Counted from the stretch's first letter, positions 8,923 to 21,748 are shown. The stretch: DNA of 64,000 nt from an uncultured bacterium (GCA_965651925.1 CBFGUK010000004.1:5047-69046); one strand, 5' to 3'. Numbers and translations are program-made. The notes: a model not told the origin generated them from the sequence alone.

Positions 8923-11412
8923 TCAGGCCGGCTCGTCCTCCGCCTCGCCCTCGGTGCCGCCGTTCCCGTTCTCCTTGCCGTCGCCGTTCTCGCCCTCGGC
9001 CAGGCAGGCCACGCCGACGACCTTCTCGCCCTCGGCGAGGTCGATGAGGCGGACGCCCTGGGTGTTGCGGCCGATGATCGAGATGTCGTGCACCGGCATG
9101 CGGATGACCTTGCCGCCGTCGGTGATCAGCATGATGTGCTCGTCCTCGCGCACCATGCGCACGCCGACGACGCGGCCGACGCGTTCGGTGACGTTCATGG
9201 TGATCACGCCCTTGCCGCCGCGATTGGTGAGCCGGTACTCGTCGAGGCTCGTCCGCTTGCCGTAGCCCTTCTCGGCCACGGCGAGCAGCAGCGCGTCGGG
9301 CGTGACGACGTCGAGCGCGACGACCTCGTCGCCCGGCTCGAGCGAGATGCCGCGCACCCCGGCGGCGTTGCGGCCCATTGTGCGGACGTCGGACTCGCGG
9401 AAGCGGATCGTCTGGCCGCCGGCGGTCGAGAGCACGACGTCCTGGTTGCCGTCGGTCAGCCGCACGCCGACCAGCTCGTCGCCGTCGTTGAGCTTGATCG
9501 CGATGATGCCCGACGGCCGCGGGTTCGCGTACTCGTCGAGCGCGGTCTTCTTCACCGTGCCGTCCTTGGTGGCGAACAGCACGAAGCGGCCGGCTTCGAA
9601 CTCGCGCACCGGCAGGAAGGCCGACACCTTCTCGCCGGCGCCGAGATTGAGCAGGTTGACGATCGCCTTGCCGCGCGCCGCGCGGCCGGCCTGCGGCAGC
9701 GCGTGCACCTTGATCCAGTAGAGCTTGCCGACGGTCGTGAAGACGAGGATGTAGGCGTGCGTCGAGGCGACGAAGAGGTGCTCGATGAAGTCCTCGTCCT
9801 TCGTCGTCGCGCCGATCCGGCCGCGGCCGCCGCGCCGCTGCGCGCGGTACTCGGCGACCGGGTTCCGCTTGACGTATCCCTCGTGGGAGACCGTCACCAC
9901 CATGTCCTCTTCGGCGATGAGGTCCTCGATATCGAGGTCGGCGGCGGCGTCGACGATCACCGTGCGGCGGGCATCGCCGTACTGCTCGCCGATCTCGCGC
10001 AGCTCGGTGACGACGATCTTCGCGACTTCGCGCTCGTCGGACAGGATCTCCTGGTAGCGCGCGATCAGCTTGAGCGTGTCGGCGTGCTCCTCGAGGATCT
10101 TGTCGCGCTCCATGCTGGTCAGGCGCTGCAGCCGCATGTCGAGGATGGCTTGCGCCTGCAGCTCGCTGAGCCCGAACTGGCTGACGAGGCCGGCGCGCGC
10201 CGTCGCCGGATCGCTGGCGGCGCGGATGAGCGCGATCACCGCGTCGAGGTGCTCGAGCGCGATGCGCAGGCCTTCGAGGATGTGCAGCCGTTCCTGGGCT
10301 TTGCGCAGGTCGTACACCGTGCGCCGGGTGATGACCTCCTTGCGGTGGTCGATGAACACCCGCAGCGCATCGCGCAGCGTGAGGAGCTGCGGACGCCCGC
10401 CGACGATGGCGAGCATGTTGATACCGAACGAGTCCTGCAGCTGGCTGAGCTTGAAGAGCTGATTCTGCACCACTTCGGGGACCGCGTCGCGCTTGAGCTC
10501 GATGACGACGCGCATGCCGTCGCGGTCGGACTCGTCGCGCAGGTCGGAAATGCCGTCGATGCGCTTCTCGGTCACCAGCTCCGCGATGCGCTCGATCAGC
10601 CGTGCCTTGTTCACCTGGTAGGGCAGCTCGCGGACGATGAGCTTCGTCTTGCCCCGGTCGCCGCCGTCCTCGATCTCGACCTTGGCGCGCACGCACAGCA
10701 CGCCGCGCCCGGTGGTGTACGCCTCGTGGATCGCGGCGCGGCCGTGGATGAACCCGGCGGTCGGGAAGTCCGGGCCGGGGATGTACTGCATCAGCTCGGC
10801 GCTGGTCAGGGCGGGATTCTCGACCAGGGCGATGAGGCCGGCGACGACCTCGCCGAGATTGTGCGGCGGGATGTTCGTCGCCATGCCGACGGCGATGCCC
10901 GAGGAGCCGTTGATCAGCAGGTTCGGGATGCGTGCCGGCAGGACCACCGGCTCCTGCGTCGTCTCGTCGTAGTTCGGCGCGAAGTCGACGGTTTCCTTGT
11001 CGAGGTCCGCCAGCATCTCGCCGGCGATGCGCGCCATGCGCACCTCGGTGTAGCGCATTGCCGCCGGCGGATCGCCGTCGACCGAGCCGAAGTTCCCCTG
11101 GCCGTCGATCAGCGGGTAGCGCAGCGAGAACTCCTGCGCCATGCGCACGATGGTGTCGTACACCGCCGAGTCGCCGTGCGGGTGGTACTTGCCGATGACG
11201 TCGCCGACGATGCGCGCCGACTTCTTGTACGGGCGGTTCCAGTCGTTGCTGAGGTCGTACATCGCGTACAGGGCACGGCGATGCACCGGCTTCAGCCCGT
11301 CGCGCGCATCCGGCAGCGCGCGCGCGATGATGACGGACATGGCGTAGTCCATGAAGGACTGCCGCATCTCGTCTTCGATGGAGACGGGAACCTTGTTCGT
11401 ATTATCGGTCAC
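8923..11412 (-). CDS. gyrA: DNA gyrase subunit A
   Basis: [17 protein letters not shown], GyrA-box QRRGGRG. Confidence 0.98.
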   Translation of the reverse strand: MTDNTNKVPVSIEDEMRQSFMDYAMSVIIARALPDARDGLKPVHRRALYAMYDLSNDWNRPYKKSARIVGDVIGKYHPHGDSAVYDTIVRMAQEFSLRYPLIDGQGNFGSVDGDPPAAMRYTEVRMARIAGEMLADLDKETVDFAPNYDETTQEPVVLPARIPNLLINGSSGIAVGMATNIPPHNLGEVVAGLIALVENPALTSAELMQYIPGPDFPTAGFIHGRAAIHEAYTTGRGVLCVRAKVEIEDGGDRGKTKLIVRELPYQVNKARLIERIAELVTEKRIDGISDLRDESDRDGMRVVIELKRDAVPEVVQNQLFKLSQLQDSFGINMLAIVGGRPQLLTLRDALRVFIDHRKEVITRRTVYDLRKAQERLHILEGLRIALEHLDAVIALIRAASDPATARAGLVSQFGLSELQAQAILDMRLQRLTSMERDKILEEHADTLKLIARYQEILSDEREVAKIVVTELREIGEQYGDARRTVIVDAAADLDIEDLIAEEDMVVTVSHEGYVKRNPVAEYRAQRRGGRGRIGATTKDEDFIEHLFVASTHAYILVFTTVGKLYWIKVHALPQAGRAARGKAIVNLLNLGAGEKVSAFLPVREFEAGRFVLFATKDGTVKKTALDEYANPRPSGIIAIKLNDGDELVGVRLTDGNQDVVLSTAGGQTIRFRESDVRTMGRNAAGVRGISLEPGDEVVALDVVTPDALLLAVAEKGYGKRTSLDEYRLTNRGGKGVITMNVTERVGRVVGVRMVREDEHIMLITDGGKVIRMPVHDISIIGRNTQGVRLIDLAEGEKVVGVACLAEGENGDGKENGNGGTEGEAEDEPA

Positions 11413-11464
11413 TATCGCGAACCTTATTGCGAACCGTCGCCCATGATTCAGAGGGCGTTGGTTG

Positions 11465-11537
11465 TCAGCCGTCAGCGATCAGCTGTCGGCCACTCCGCAT
11501 TTCTGGCTGAGAGCTGATGGCTGAAGCTGAGAGCTGC
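11465..11537. repeat. Inverted 7-nt-periodic repeat element (TCAGC / GCTGA arms)
   Basis: TCAGC at 11465, 11472, 11479 and TCGGC at 11486; GCTGA at 11506, 11513, 11520, 11526 and GCTGC at 11533. Confidence 0.8.
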
Positions 11538-11538
11538 T

Positions 11539-14022
<2,484 letters not shown>

Positions 14023-14167
14023 TCAGGTCCGGCGCCCGAATGAAAGGCGGTTGTGAAAAGAATATGCGTGATATTTCAGCCACTTACCGGATCGATTGAC
14101 CCTTTTCGCCGGGCTGCTCGGAAGGCGCGCCGGAGGGCCGTGCAACGGGCGCGATCCGCGCCCGTTC

Positions 14168-15274
14168 TCAGAGCCGCATCGGCATCACGATATAACAGTA
14201 GTCTGCGTCGTCGACGGTGCGCACGACGCCCGGACTGACCTCGTCGTTGAGGCCGATCTCAATGCGCTTGTCGGCCGGCAGGACGGCGAGCACGTCGAGC
14301 AGGTAGCGGGCGTTGAAACCGATGCTGACCGGCGGGCCGTCATACTCGATCTCGAGCTCTTCGGCCGCCTCGCCGACGTCGGGGTTGATCGAAGTGATTT
14401 CGAGGCGCTGCGGCTCGACCTGCAGCTTCACGCCGCGCGTGCGCTCGCTGGAGACGATCTGGACGCGGCGCAGGGCCCCATGCAGGGCGGCCGCATCGAC
14501 GAGCGCGTGCCGCTCGGAACGGCTCGGCACGACCTGGTGGTAGTCGGGGAACTCGCCTTCGACCAGGCGCATCGACATCTGCACGCGCCCGCGATTCACG
14601 TGCGCGAGCCCGCCCTCGACGCTCAGCTCGACCGGCTCCTCGCCGCCTTCGAGCACCTTGCGCAGCTCGGTGACCGCCTTGCGCGGAATGGTCACCGCCT
14701 TCGGCAGGTCCGCGCGGTCGACCGCCCGGGTGACCATCGCCAGGCGGTGCCCATCGGTTGCGACGAGCCGCAGGCGGCCATCGGCCTGCGCCTCGACGTG
14801 GATGCCGTTCAGGTTGGCGCGGGCGTCGTCGGCGGACACCGCGAACAGCGTGTACTCGATCATCTGCGCCAGCGTCTCGGCGGCGATGCCGACGGTCGCG
14901 GCGCCCTCCGGCGCCGGCGGCATGGCCGGAAACTCGCGCGGATCGAGGCCGACGAGGCGGAAGCGGGACTTGCCGGCCGCCACCTCGAGCCAGGCGTTGT
15001 CCTGCTGCCGGATGCGCAGGTCGCCCTCGGGCAGCTCGCGCACCACGTCGTACAGCTTGCGCGCGCTCGCGGTTACCGATCCGGCCTTCTTCACCGCCGC
15101 CGTGCAGACGCGGCGCACCGCGATCTCCTGATCGGTGGCGGCGACCACGACGCCATCGCCGCCCGATTCGATCAGCACGTTGGCGAGGATCGGCACCGTC
15201 GTCCGCCGTTCGACGATGCCCTGGGTCAGGTACAGACCGGCGAGAAGCTCACTGCGCTGGATGGTGAATTCCAT
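14168..15274 (-). CDS. dnaN: DNA polymerase III beta sliding clamp
   Basis: VATDGHRLA, GEFPDY, GFNARYLLD, C-terminal VMPMRL. Confidence 0.97.
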   Translation of the reverse strand: MEFTIQRSELLAGLYLTQGIVERRTTVPILANVLIESGGDGVVVAATDQEIAVRRVCTAAVKKAGSVTASARKLYDVVRELPEGDLRIRQQDNAWLEVAAGKSRFRLVGLDPREFPAMPPAPEGAATVGIAAETLAQMIEYTLFAVSADDARANLNGIHVEAQADGRLRLVATDGHRLAMVTRAVDRADLPKAVTIPRKAVTELRKVLEGGEEPVELSVEGGLAHVNRGRVQMSMRLVEGEFPDYHQVVPSRSERHALVDAAALHGALRRVQIVSSERTRGVKLQVEPQRLEITSINPDVGEAAEELEIEYDGPPVSIGFNARYLLDVLAVLPADKRIEIGLNDEVSPGVVRTVDDADYCYIVMPMRL

Positions 15275-15308
15275 GGCTCACCGCGTGCGCCATTCGGGCG
15301 CTACTCTG

Positions 15309-15496
15309 ATTCTTTTTAAAAGAAGAAAGAAAAGAAACCAGTCGATAGTAGGGGCTGTGGATGTGTGGAAATCGGTGCGGCACATGGCCGAAACCAGCGT
15401 GCGGGTGCGGAGAACGGGTGCGGAAACCCGGCTGCGCGTCCCTGCCTCACCATTCCGCTCACATCCCCTCCACCGCGTCTCCGCATGTCATCCACA
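15309..15496 (-). other. oriC: Replication origin oriC (DnaA boxes, DnaA-trios, AT-rich unwinding element)
   Basis: dnaA-dnaN intergenic region. Overlapping box-like TGTGGATGT (15356-64) and TGTGGAAAT (15364-72), GGGG spacer, GATAGTAG trios, AT-rich tract 15309-15337, and TCATCCACA at 15488-96. Confidence 0.85.
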
Positions 15497-15549
15497 GGGG
15501 CACGCCGCGGGCGCACCGGCCGGCGGATTGATGGCGTACTCATGGCACT

Positions 15550-16893
15550 TCAGCTCGATCGTTCCAAGAGTCGCTCGAGGCGTTCGACGGTCGCGCGGAA
15601 GGCGGGATCCTCGCGCAGCCGGCGTTCGATGACCTGCGCCGCGTGGATGACCGTCGAGTGGTCGCGGCCGCCAAAGCGGTCGCCGATGACCGGGAACGAC
15701 GCGCTCGTGTAGCGCCGGCAGAGATACATGGCGATCTGGCGCGGCTCGGTGACGTTGCGCGTACGCTTCTTCGAGCGCAGGTCGTTGGGGCGGATGCGGT
15801 AGAACTCGCAGACCGCCTTCTGGATCGACTCGATCGTCACCGCGTGCTCGGCGCGATCGCGCAGGACGCTCTGCAGGACCTCGCGCGCGAAGTCGACCGT
15901 CAGCGGGCACTTGTTCAGCGAGGCGAAGGCGCCCAGGCGCGTCAGCGAGCCCTCGAGCTCGCGGACGTTCGAGTCGATGTTGGTGGCCAGGTAGAGCGCG
16001 ACCTCCTGCGGCAGCTCGATGCCCTCGACCTCGGCCTTCTTCTCGAGAATCGCGACCCGCGTCTCGATGTCGGGCGGCTGGATGTCGGCGATCAGGCCCC
16101 ACTCGAAGCGGTTGCGCAGCCGCTCCTCGAGATCCGGGATCTCCTTCGGGAACTTGTCGGACGTGAGGACGATCTGGTGGTGACTGTCGTAGAGCGAGTT
16201 GAACGTGTGGAAGAACTCCTCCTGCGTCCGTTCGCGGCCGGCGAGGAACTGCACGTCATCGACGATCAGCACGTCGATGCGCCGGAAGCGGGACTTGAAC
16301 TCGTCCATGCGGTCGCGGCGCAGCGCGCCGATGAGCTCGTTCATGAACGATTCGGAGGAGAGATAGACGACGCGCGCGTCCTCGTTGCGGTCGAGCACGC
16401 GGTGGCCGATCGCGTTGACGAGGTGCGTCTTGCCGAGGCCGACCCCGCCGTAGATGAACAGCGGGTTGTAGTGGTCGCCCGGCTGGTTGGCGACCGCCTG
16501 CGACGCGGCGTGCGCGAACTGGTTGCTCGCCCCGACGACGAACGTGTCGAACGTGTACTTCGGCAGCAGCGCCTGGCGGCGCGGCGAGACGCGCGGCGGC
16601 GGGGGCTCCTGCGGGGCCGGTGGCGGCGGCGGGAAGAGCTCCTGCTGCCCGCTGTTGGCGACCGTCAGCGTGATCGTGCGCAGGCCGCCCGCACTCGCCT
16701 GGACGAGCGCCCGCTCGAGCAGCGACAGGCAGCGCTCGCGCACGACATCGGCCGCCAGCTTGCCCGGCGCCTCGACGACGATCGTCTCGCCGCGCGCCAC
16801 CACCGGCCGCAACCGGGCGAGTGTCTCGCGCACATCGGCTTCCGCGATCAGGTTGGTGACGGTCTCAAGCGCCGCCCGCCAGGTTTTTTCCAT
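15550..16893 (-). CDS. dnaA: Chromosomal replication initiator DnaA
   Basis: YTFDTFVVGASN, YNPLFIYGGVGLGKTHL, QEEFFHTFN, GGRDHSTV; start moved to MEKTW. Confidence 0.97.
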   Translation of the reverse strand: MEKTWRAALETVTNLIAEADVRETLARLRPVVARGETIVVEAPGKLAADVVRERCLSLLERALVQASAGGLRTITLTVANSGQQELFPPPPPAPQEPPPPRVSPRRQALLPKYTFDTFVVGASNQFAHAASQAVANQPGDHYNPLFIYGGVGLGKTHLVNAIGHRVLDRNEDARVVYLSSESFMNELIGALRRDRMDEFKSRFRRIDVLIVDDVQFLAGRERTQEEFFHTFNSLYDSHHQIVLTSDKFPKEIPDLEERLRNRFEWGLIADIQPPDIETRVAILEKKAEVEGIELPQEVALYLATNIDSNVRELEGSLTRLGAFASLNKCPLTVDFAREVLQSVLRDRAEHAVTIESIQKAVCEFYRIRPNDLRSKKRTRNVTEPRQIAMYLCRRYTSASFPVIGDRFGGRDHSTVIHAAQVIERRLREDPAFRATVERLERLLERSS

Positions 16894-16907
16894 AGCTACC
16901 GGAGAAG

Positions 16908-16996
16908 TTGTCAACAGCCGGGGATCGTGAAAAACCGCCTGTATATCCGAGACGTTGCGGACGCTGTGCGGGGTCTCTCCACAGCGCAATCCACAG
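16908..16996. promoter_or_regulatory. Degenerate DnaA-box cluster upstream of dnaA
   Basis: TTGTCAACA (16908), CTCTCCACA (16975), CAATCCACA (16987). Confidence 0.55.
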
Positions 16997-17068
16997 GTCG
17001 TTCCGGATCCGATGCCAGTAGTCTTTTGCGTCGGGAAAAGGAATGTTCCCCGCCGAGGACGGGCGAGC

Positions 17069-17097
17069 GATGTACCCCGTTCGCCGTGGGCGGGCAA
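17069..17097 (-). promoter_or_regulatory. Candidate sigma70 promoter for dnaA
   Basis: TTGCCC-17 nt-TACATC on the minus strand. Confidence 0.35.
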
Positions 17098-17254
17098 GGA
17101 AAATCTCCGCCGGACGGCCGTTCGCGGCGGACGCACACGGCAGTGCCTGCGACGGCGCGGCGGGGGGCGAGAGGCGCGCGAATGCGGAGCAGTGTCGTCG
17201 GGCATCCGGGCGCAGCATCTTGCTCGGCACGGCGGCGAGAGATAGCGGCGCGGC

Positions 17255-18541
17255 ATGAAGCACGGCATCTCCGAGAAGCTGTTCGCCGAGGCGGCAGCAT
17301 TGATCCCCGGCGGCGTCAACAGCCCGGTGCGCGCCTGGAAGGCGGTCGGTGGGGCGCCGCGCTTCATCCAGCGCGCGGCGGGCTGCACGATCACCGATGC
17401 CGACGGCAACTCGTACATCGACTACGTCGGCTCGTGGGGGCCGATGATCGTCGGCCACGCCCACCATCAGGTGCTGCGGGCGATCCAGGCGGCGATGAAG
17501 GAGGGCACGAGCTTCGGGGCGCCGACGCCGCGCGAGATCGAGATGGCGCGCCGGCTGACGGCGGCGCTGCCGTCGATGGATCAGGTGCGCCTGGTCTCCT
17601 CCGGCACCGAGGCGACGATGACCGCGATCCGCCTCGCGCGTGCCTTCACCGGGCGGCCGAAGATCATCAAGTTCGACGGCTGCTATCACGGCCACGCCGA
17701 CGCCCTGCTGGTGCGCGCCGGCTCGGGCGCGATGACGCTCGGCGTCCCTGACAGCCCGGGGGTGCCGGAGGCGATCGCCAGCCTGACGCTGGTGGCGCGG
17801 TTCAACGATCTCGACGAGCTCGCGGCGCGCTTTGCCGCCGAGGGCGAGGCGATCGCCGCCGTCATCGTCGAGCCGGTGGTCGGCAACATGGGTCTCGTCC
17901 CGCCGGCACCGGGGTTCCTCGAGGGGCTGCGCCGACTGACCGCCGATCACGGCGCGGTGCTGATCTTCGACGAGGTGATGACTGGCTTCCGCCTCGCCTG
18001 GGGCGGCGTGCAGAACCCCATGGGCATCCGGCCGGACCTGACCTGTCTCGGCAAGGTGATCGGCGGCGGCCTGCCGCTCGCCGCGGTCGGCGGCCGGCGC
18101 GAGATCATGGAGCAGCTCGCGCCGATCGGCGCCGTCTACCAGGCAGGGACGCTCTCCGGAAACCCGCTTGCGGTGAACGCCGGGCTGGCGACGCTCGACC
18201 TGCTCGACAAGCCGGGCACCTACGAGCGGCTCGAGGCGGCGGGCGCGGCCCTCGAGGCGGGGCTGCGCGACGCCTTGCAGCGTCACGGCGTGCCGGGCTG
18301 CGTCAGCCGCCGCGGCTCGATGTGGACGCTGTTCTTCGGCGTCGAGTCGGTCACCGACGCCGGCGATGCCCGGCGCGCCGACACCGCCCGGTTCGCCCGC
18401 TTCTTCACCGCGATGCTCGAGCGCGGCGTCTACCTGCCGCCGTCCCAGTTCGAGGCGGCGTTCCTCTCGCTCGCCCACGGCGACGGCGACATCGAGACGA
18501 CGCTGACGGCGGCGGACCAGGCGTTGGCGACGGTGCGCTGA
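17255..18541 (+). CDS. hemL: Glutamate-1-semialdehyde 2,1-aminomutase
   Basis: [50 protein letters not shown]. Confidence 0.97.
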   Translation: MKHGISEKLFAEAAALIPGGVNSPVRAWKAVGGAPRFIQRAAGCTITDADGNSYIDYVGSWGPMIVGHAHHQVLRAIQAAMKEGTSFGAPTPREIEMARRLTAALPSMDQVRLVSSGTEATMTAIRLARAFTGRPKIIKFDGCYHGHADALLVRAGSGAMTLGVPDSPGVPEAIASLTLVARFNDLDELAARFAAEGEAIAAVIVEPVVGNMGLVPPAPGFLEGLRRLTADHGAVLIFDEVMTGFRLAWGGVQNPMGIRPDLTCLGKVIGGGLPLAAVGGRREIMEQLAPIGAVYQAGTLSGNPLAVNAGLATLDLLDKPGTYERLEAAGAALEAGLRDALQRHGVPGCVSRRGSMWTLFFGVESVTDAGDARRADTARFARFFTAMLERGVYLPPSQFEAAFLSLAHGDGDIETTLTAADQALATVR

Positions 18542-18545
18542 GCCG

Positions 18546-18598
18546 CCAGCGATCAGCGGTCAGTCTTCAGGCCGGCTGACCGCTGACAGCAGACGGCC
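18546..18598. repeat. Inverted 7-nt-periodic repeat element, same unit as 11465
   Basis: CCAGC, TCAGC, TCAGT, TCAG at 18546, 18553, 18560, 18567; GCTGAC, GCTGAC, GCAGAC at 18575, 18582, 18589. Confidence 0.75.
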
Positions 18599-18617
18599 GT
18601 TTGCGTACTGTCGTTCC

Positions 18618-18830
18618 ATGCAGCTCGACCGCCAGTTCGTCGTCAACAGCGGCCGCTACCTCGCGCTCGGGTTCCAGATCGCCGGCTCGATCGTCGGCGG
18701 GCTGATCGCCGGCTACTACCTCGACCACTGGCTCGGCACGGCACCGCTCTTCACGCTGCTGTTCGCGATCGGCGGGCTGTACGGCTCCCTCCGTATCTTG
18801 CTCTGGTCGTTGAAAAGACCTAGTCGGTAA
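18618..18830 (+). CDS. AtpZ/AtpI-family F0 accessory protein
   Basis: LGFQIAGSIVGG...GYYLDHWLGTAP; first gene of the F0 operon. Confidence 0.85.
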   Translation: MQLDRQFVVNSGRYLALGFQIAGSIVGGLIAGYYLDHWLGTAPLFTLLFAIGGLYGSLRILLWSLKRPSR

Positions 18831-18838
18831 CGGTTTCC

Positions 18839-19201
18839 ATGACGGCTCGGTTGCGCGACATCGAGCGGCTCCACGTCGGGCTGCTGGCGGTGGTGGTGTG
18901 TGCCGTTTGGCTCACCGGCTGGCTGTCCGTCCCGGGCGTCCTGCTCGGCGGCGCGGTGATGGGGGTCAACTTCTGGCTCATGCGCCAGCTCGCCGCGCGG
19001 CTGCTCGTGCCGGCCCGCGTCGAGCAGCCCGGGCTCGTCATGCTGTTCATGGTCGCGAAGTTCGCGCTCTTCGTCGGCCTTCTCGCGCTGCTCTTCTGGC
19101 GCGTTCCGGTCGACGGCGTCAGCTTCGCCGCCGGCGCCACACTGCTGCTGGTCGCGAGCGTGCTCACGACGCTGCGCGCCCCGCAGCCCGTTCACTCCTG
19201 A
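18839..19201 (+). CDS. atpI: ATP synthase subunit I-like membrane protein
   Basis: Four hydrophobic segments, GVNFWLM; directly before atpB. Confidence 0.75.
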   Translation: MTARLRDIERLHVGLLAVVVCAVWLTGWLSVPGVLLGGAVMGVNFWLMRQLAARLLVPARVEQPGLVMLFMVAKFALFVGLLALLFWRVPVDGVSFAAGATLLLVASVLTTLRAPQPVHS

Positions 19202-19212
19202 GGCAGGAATCC

Positions 19213-19974
19213 ATGGCTGCAGGCACCGAACACGGCTTTACCTGGATGCAGGTCATCCCCGGGCTGAACCTGCTCCCCGATCACGTCGCCACCGCCGGCG
19301 TCGTCACCGCCGGGCTGATCGGCACCGCCTGGCTGGCGCGCCGCCAGCTGGCGCGCACGGTCGATGTCGCGGTGCCCGACGGCACGCTGACGGCGCGCAA
19401 TTTCATGGAGATCTTCGTCGAGCAGTTCGGCGCGCTCGCCGAAGGCATCATCGGCCCGAAGGGCCGGCAGTACATGCCGCTCTACGGCGCGCTCTTCCTG
19501 TTCATCCTCATCAACAACCTCATCGGCCTGGTGCCCGGCTTTTCGCCGGCGACGAGCAACGTCAACACGACGCTCGGCCTCGGGGCGCTGTCGTTCGTCA
19601 TGTACAACGTCTACGGCTTCCGGGAGCACGGCATCGGCTACCTGAAGCACTTCCTCGGGCCGATCTGGTGGCTGGTGTTCCTCATGCTGCCGCTGGAGAT
19701 CATCGACAACATCCTGCGGCCGCTGACGCTCAATCTGCGTCTGTTGATGAACATGTTCGCCGATCACCTGGTGCTCGACATCTTCACCGACCTCACCAAG
19801 GTGATCATTCCGGTCGTCTTCTACATGCTCGGGACGTTCGTCTGTGTCATCCAGGCGTTCGTCTTCACGCTGCTCAGCATGGTGTACGTGTCGCTCGCCA
19901 CCGCGAGCCACGGCCACGACGAGGAGCACGGGCACGGCGGTCATGCGGCCGCCCACGCTCACGGGCATCACTGA
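19213..19974 (+). CDS. atpB: ATP synthase F0 subunit a
   Basis: [35 protein letters not shown]; His-rich tail. Confidence 0.95.
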   Translation: MAAGTEHGFTWMQVIPGLNLLPDHVATAGVVTAGLIGTAWLARRQLARTVDVAVPDGTLTARNFMEIFVEQFGALAEGIIGPKGRQYMPLYGALFLFILINNLIGLVPGFSPATSNVNTTLGLGALSFVMYNVYGFREHGIGYLKHFLGPIWWLVFLMLPLEIIDNILRPLTLNLRLLMNMFADHLVLDIFTDLTKVIIPVVFYMLGTFVCVIQAFVFTLLSMVYVSLATASHGHDEEHGHGGHAAAHAHGHH

Positions 19975-20084
19975 GTCGTTCCATTTCCACAGGGGTTCGC
20001 GTGGCCGAGGTGGTGGCGAGGAGGACAGAGAGGCGTGGCCGGGAAGCGACCCCTCCTATCCGCATCGAAAGGAGGACTGAGACG

Positions 20085-20402
20085 ATGCGCAAGAAACTGA
20101 TGTGGGTGAGCACGCTGCTGCTCGGAGTGTTTGCGCCGAGCCTGGCCGCCGCGCAGGAGGCGGCGGGCGGGACCGGTGACGGCCTGATCGCCGTCGGCGC
20201 CGGCCTCGGCATCGGCATCGCCGCGATCGGTGCCGGCCTCGGCCAGGGCAAGGCGGTGGCCGCCGCGATGGAGTCGATCGGCCGCAATCCGAACGCCGCC
20301 GATCGCATCCAGACGCCGCTGATCATCGGCCTCGCGTTCATGGAAGCGCTGGCGATCTACGCCCTGGTGATCGCGTTCTTCCTGCAGGGCAAGGTCGGCT
20401 GA
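20085..20402 (+). CDS. atpE: ATP synthase F0 subunit c with N-terminal extension
   Basis: [22 protein letters not shown]; AGGAGG ribosome-binding site. Confidence 0.95.
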   Translation: MRKKLMWVSTLLLGVFAPSLAAAQEAAGGTGDGLIAVGAGLGIGIAAIGAGLGQGKAVAAAMESIGRNPNAADRIQTPLIIGLAFMEALAIYALVIAFFLQGKVG

Positions 20403-20429
20403 GCCGATCCGCAGAGCACGAAGCATCGA

Positions 20430-20460
20430 GGGGCAGGCTGCGAGGCCTGCCCCTTTTTTT
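20430..20460 (+). terminator. Rho-independent terminator after atpE
   Basis: GGGGCAGGC / GCCTGCCCC stem followed by T7. Confidence 0.9.
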
Positions 20461-20463
20461 ATC

Positions 20464-20488
20464 CGCAGATCACGCAGATGACGCAGAT
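20464..20488 (+). repeat. 9-nt-periodic CGCAGAT triplet
   Basis: CGCAGAT at 20464, 20473, 20482. Confidence 0.6.
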
Positions 20489-20791
20489 CAGCGATCGAAC
20501 ACCGTCATCGGCGGATGACCGCAGTTGCCGTCGTCAGCCCAGCCGGCTGCCTGCGGTCCAGGGCCGGAGCAGCGCGAGACGACGCATGGAGCCCCCTTTC
20601 CCCAGCGGCGGCGGGATCGGAACCACGGCCGGCCGCACCACAACCGCTGCCGCGCCCATATGGCAGTCGGCGCGGCAAGTCCATTCGACCACGGGCGCGG
20701 TGCCGGCGTGCAGGAAGTCGGCGGAGCGGCACAGCGGAGCGCGACCGTTTCCTTGTCGTTGACGCACAGTCGCGGTAAGAGTCCGCGGCAG

Positions 20792-21631
20792 ATGGCGCTG
20801 ACGCGGACGGTGGTGGCGGGGACGATTCTGCGCGGATCGCGGACGACGCTGACCGCGGTGCCGATCGACCGGGTGCATCCGAATCCCGAGCAGCCGCGCC
20901 GCCACTTCGACGAGGACGCGCTCGCCGAGCTCGCCGCGTCGATCAACCAGCACGGCATCCTGCAGCCGGTAATCGTCAAGCGCGACGGCGACGGGTTCCT
21001 GATCATGGCCGGCGAGCGCCGCTACCGCGCCGCCCGCCTCGCCGGGCTCACCGTCATCCCGGCGCTGGTGCGCAACGACGATCCGCTCGAGATCGCGATC
21101 ATCGAAAACCTGCAGCGCGAGAACCTCTCGCCACTCGAGGAAGCCGAAGGCCTCGGGGCGTTGATCGATCAGTACGGCTACACCCACGAGGCGCTCGCCG
21201 AGGTGATCGGCAAGAGCCGGCCGTACGTCAGCAACACGCTGGCGTTGCGCCGCCTGCCCGAGGACATCAAGCGCGAGGTGCACGCGCAGCCGGACGTGTC
21301 GCGCGAGATTCTCATCTCGCTCGCGCGCGCCGAGACGCCCGAGAAGCAGGCGACGCTCTGGCGCCTGACGCGCGCGCGCAAGCTGTCGGTGCAGCGCTTC
21401 CGCGCCGAGCAGGCGGGCGCACCGGTGGCGCGCGACGAGATCGCGGATCTCGCGCGCCAGCTGCGCCGGCTCGGCCGCCGGCTGCGCGCACTCGACACCG
21501 CCGTTCTCGCGCCCGCCGAGCGCCAGCAGCTCGACCGGCTGCTGCGCCGCGCCAACGCCCGCATCCTGCGCACGCTGGCGGCGCTGGAAACACGGGCCGA
21601 CACCGAGCCTGCCGTCCCCCCCGGCCAATGA
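20792..21631 (+). CDS. Orphan ParB/Spo0J-family CTPase DNA-binding protein
   Basis: PNPEQPRRHF, GILQPVIV, AGERRYRA, IIENLQRENL, HTH GKSRPYVSN; start uncertain. Confidence 0.9.
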   Translation: MALTRTVVAGTILRGSRTTLTAVPIDRVHPNPEQPRRHFDEDALAELAASINQHGILQPVIVKRDGDGFLIMAGERRYRAARLAGLTVIPALVRNDDPLEIAIIENLQRENLSPLEEAEGLGALIDQYGYTHEALAEVIGKSRPYVSNTLALRRLPEDIKREVHAQPDVSREILISLARAETPEKQATLWRLTRARKLSVQRFRAEQAGAPVARDEIADLARQLRRLGRRLRALDTAVLAPAERQQLDRLLRRANARILRTLAALETRADTEPAVPPGQ

Positions 21632-21748
21632 ACACGGCACCCCTGCCCGGTCGCGGGCCAGGGGCGGATCGGTGGTCATCGGCGAGGTGGAGCGGCGGAA
21701 ACCGTGTCCATCTGTGTTTCCGTGCGTGCGTCAACTACAGTCGTGCCC

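Noticed and set aside
16894-17418. 175-aa N-terminal extension of DnaA, and similar extensions on ParB, LuxC, MrpD and the CoA reductase
   Set aside because: These are upstream open-frame run-ons. They overlap regulatory DNA or other genes and lack domain features.
19983-19991. DnaA-box-like ATTTCCACA between atpB and atpE
   Set aside because: A single degenerate copy, which is not enough to call a datA/DARS-like site.
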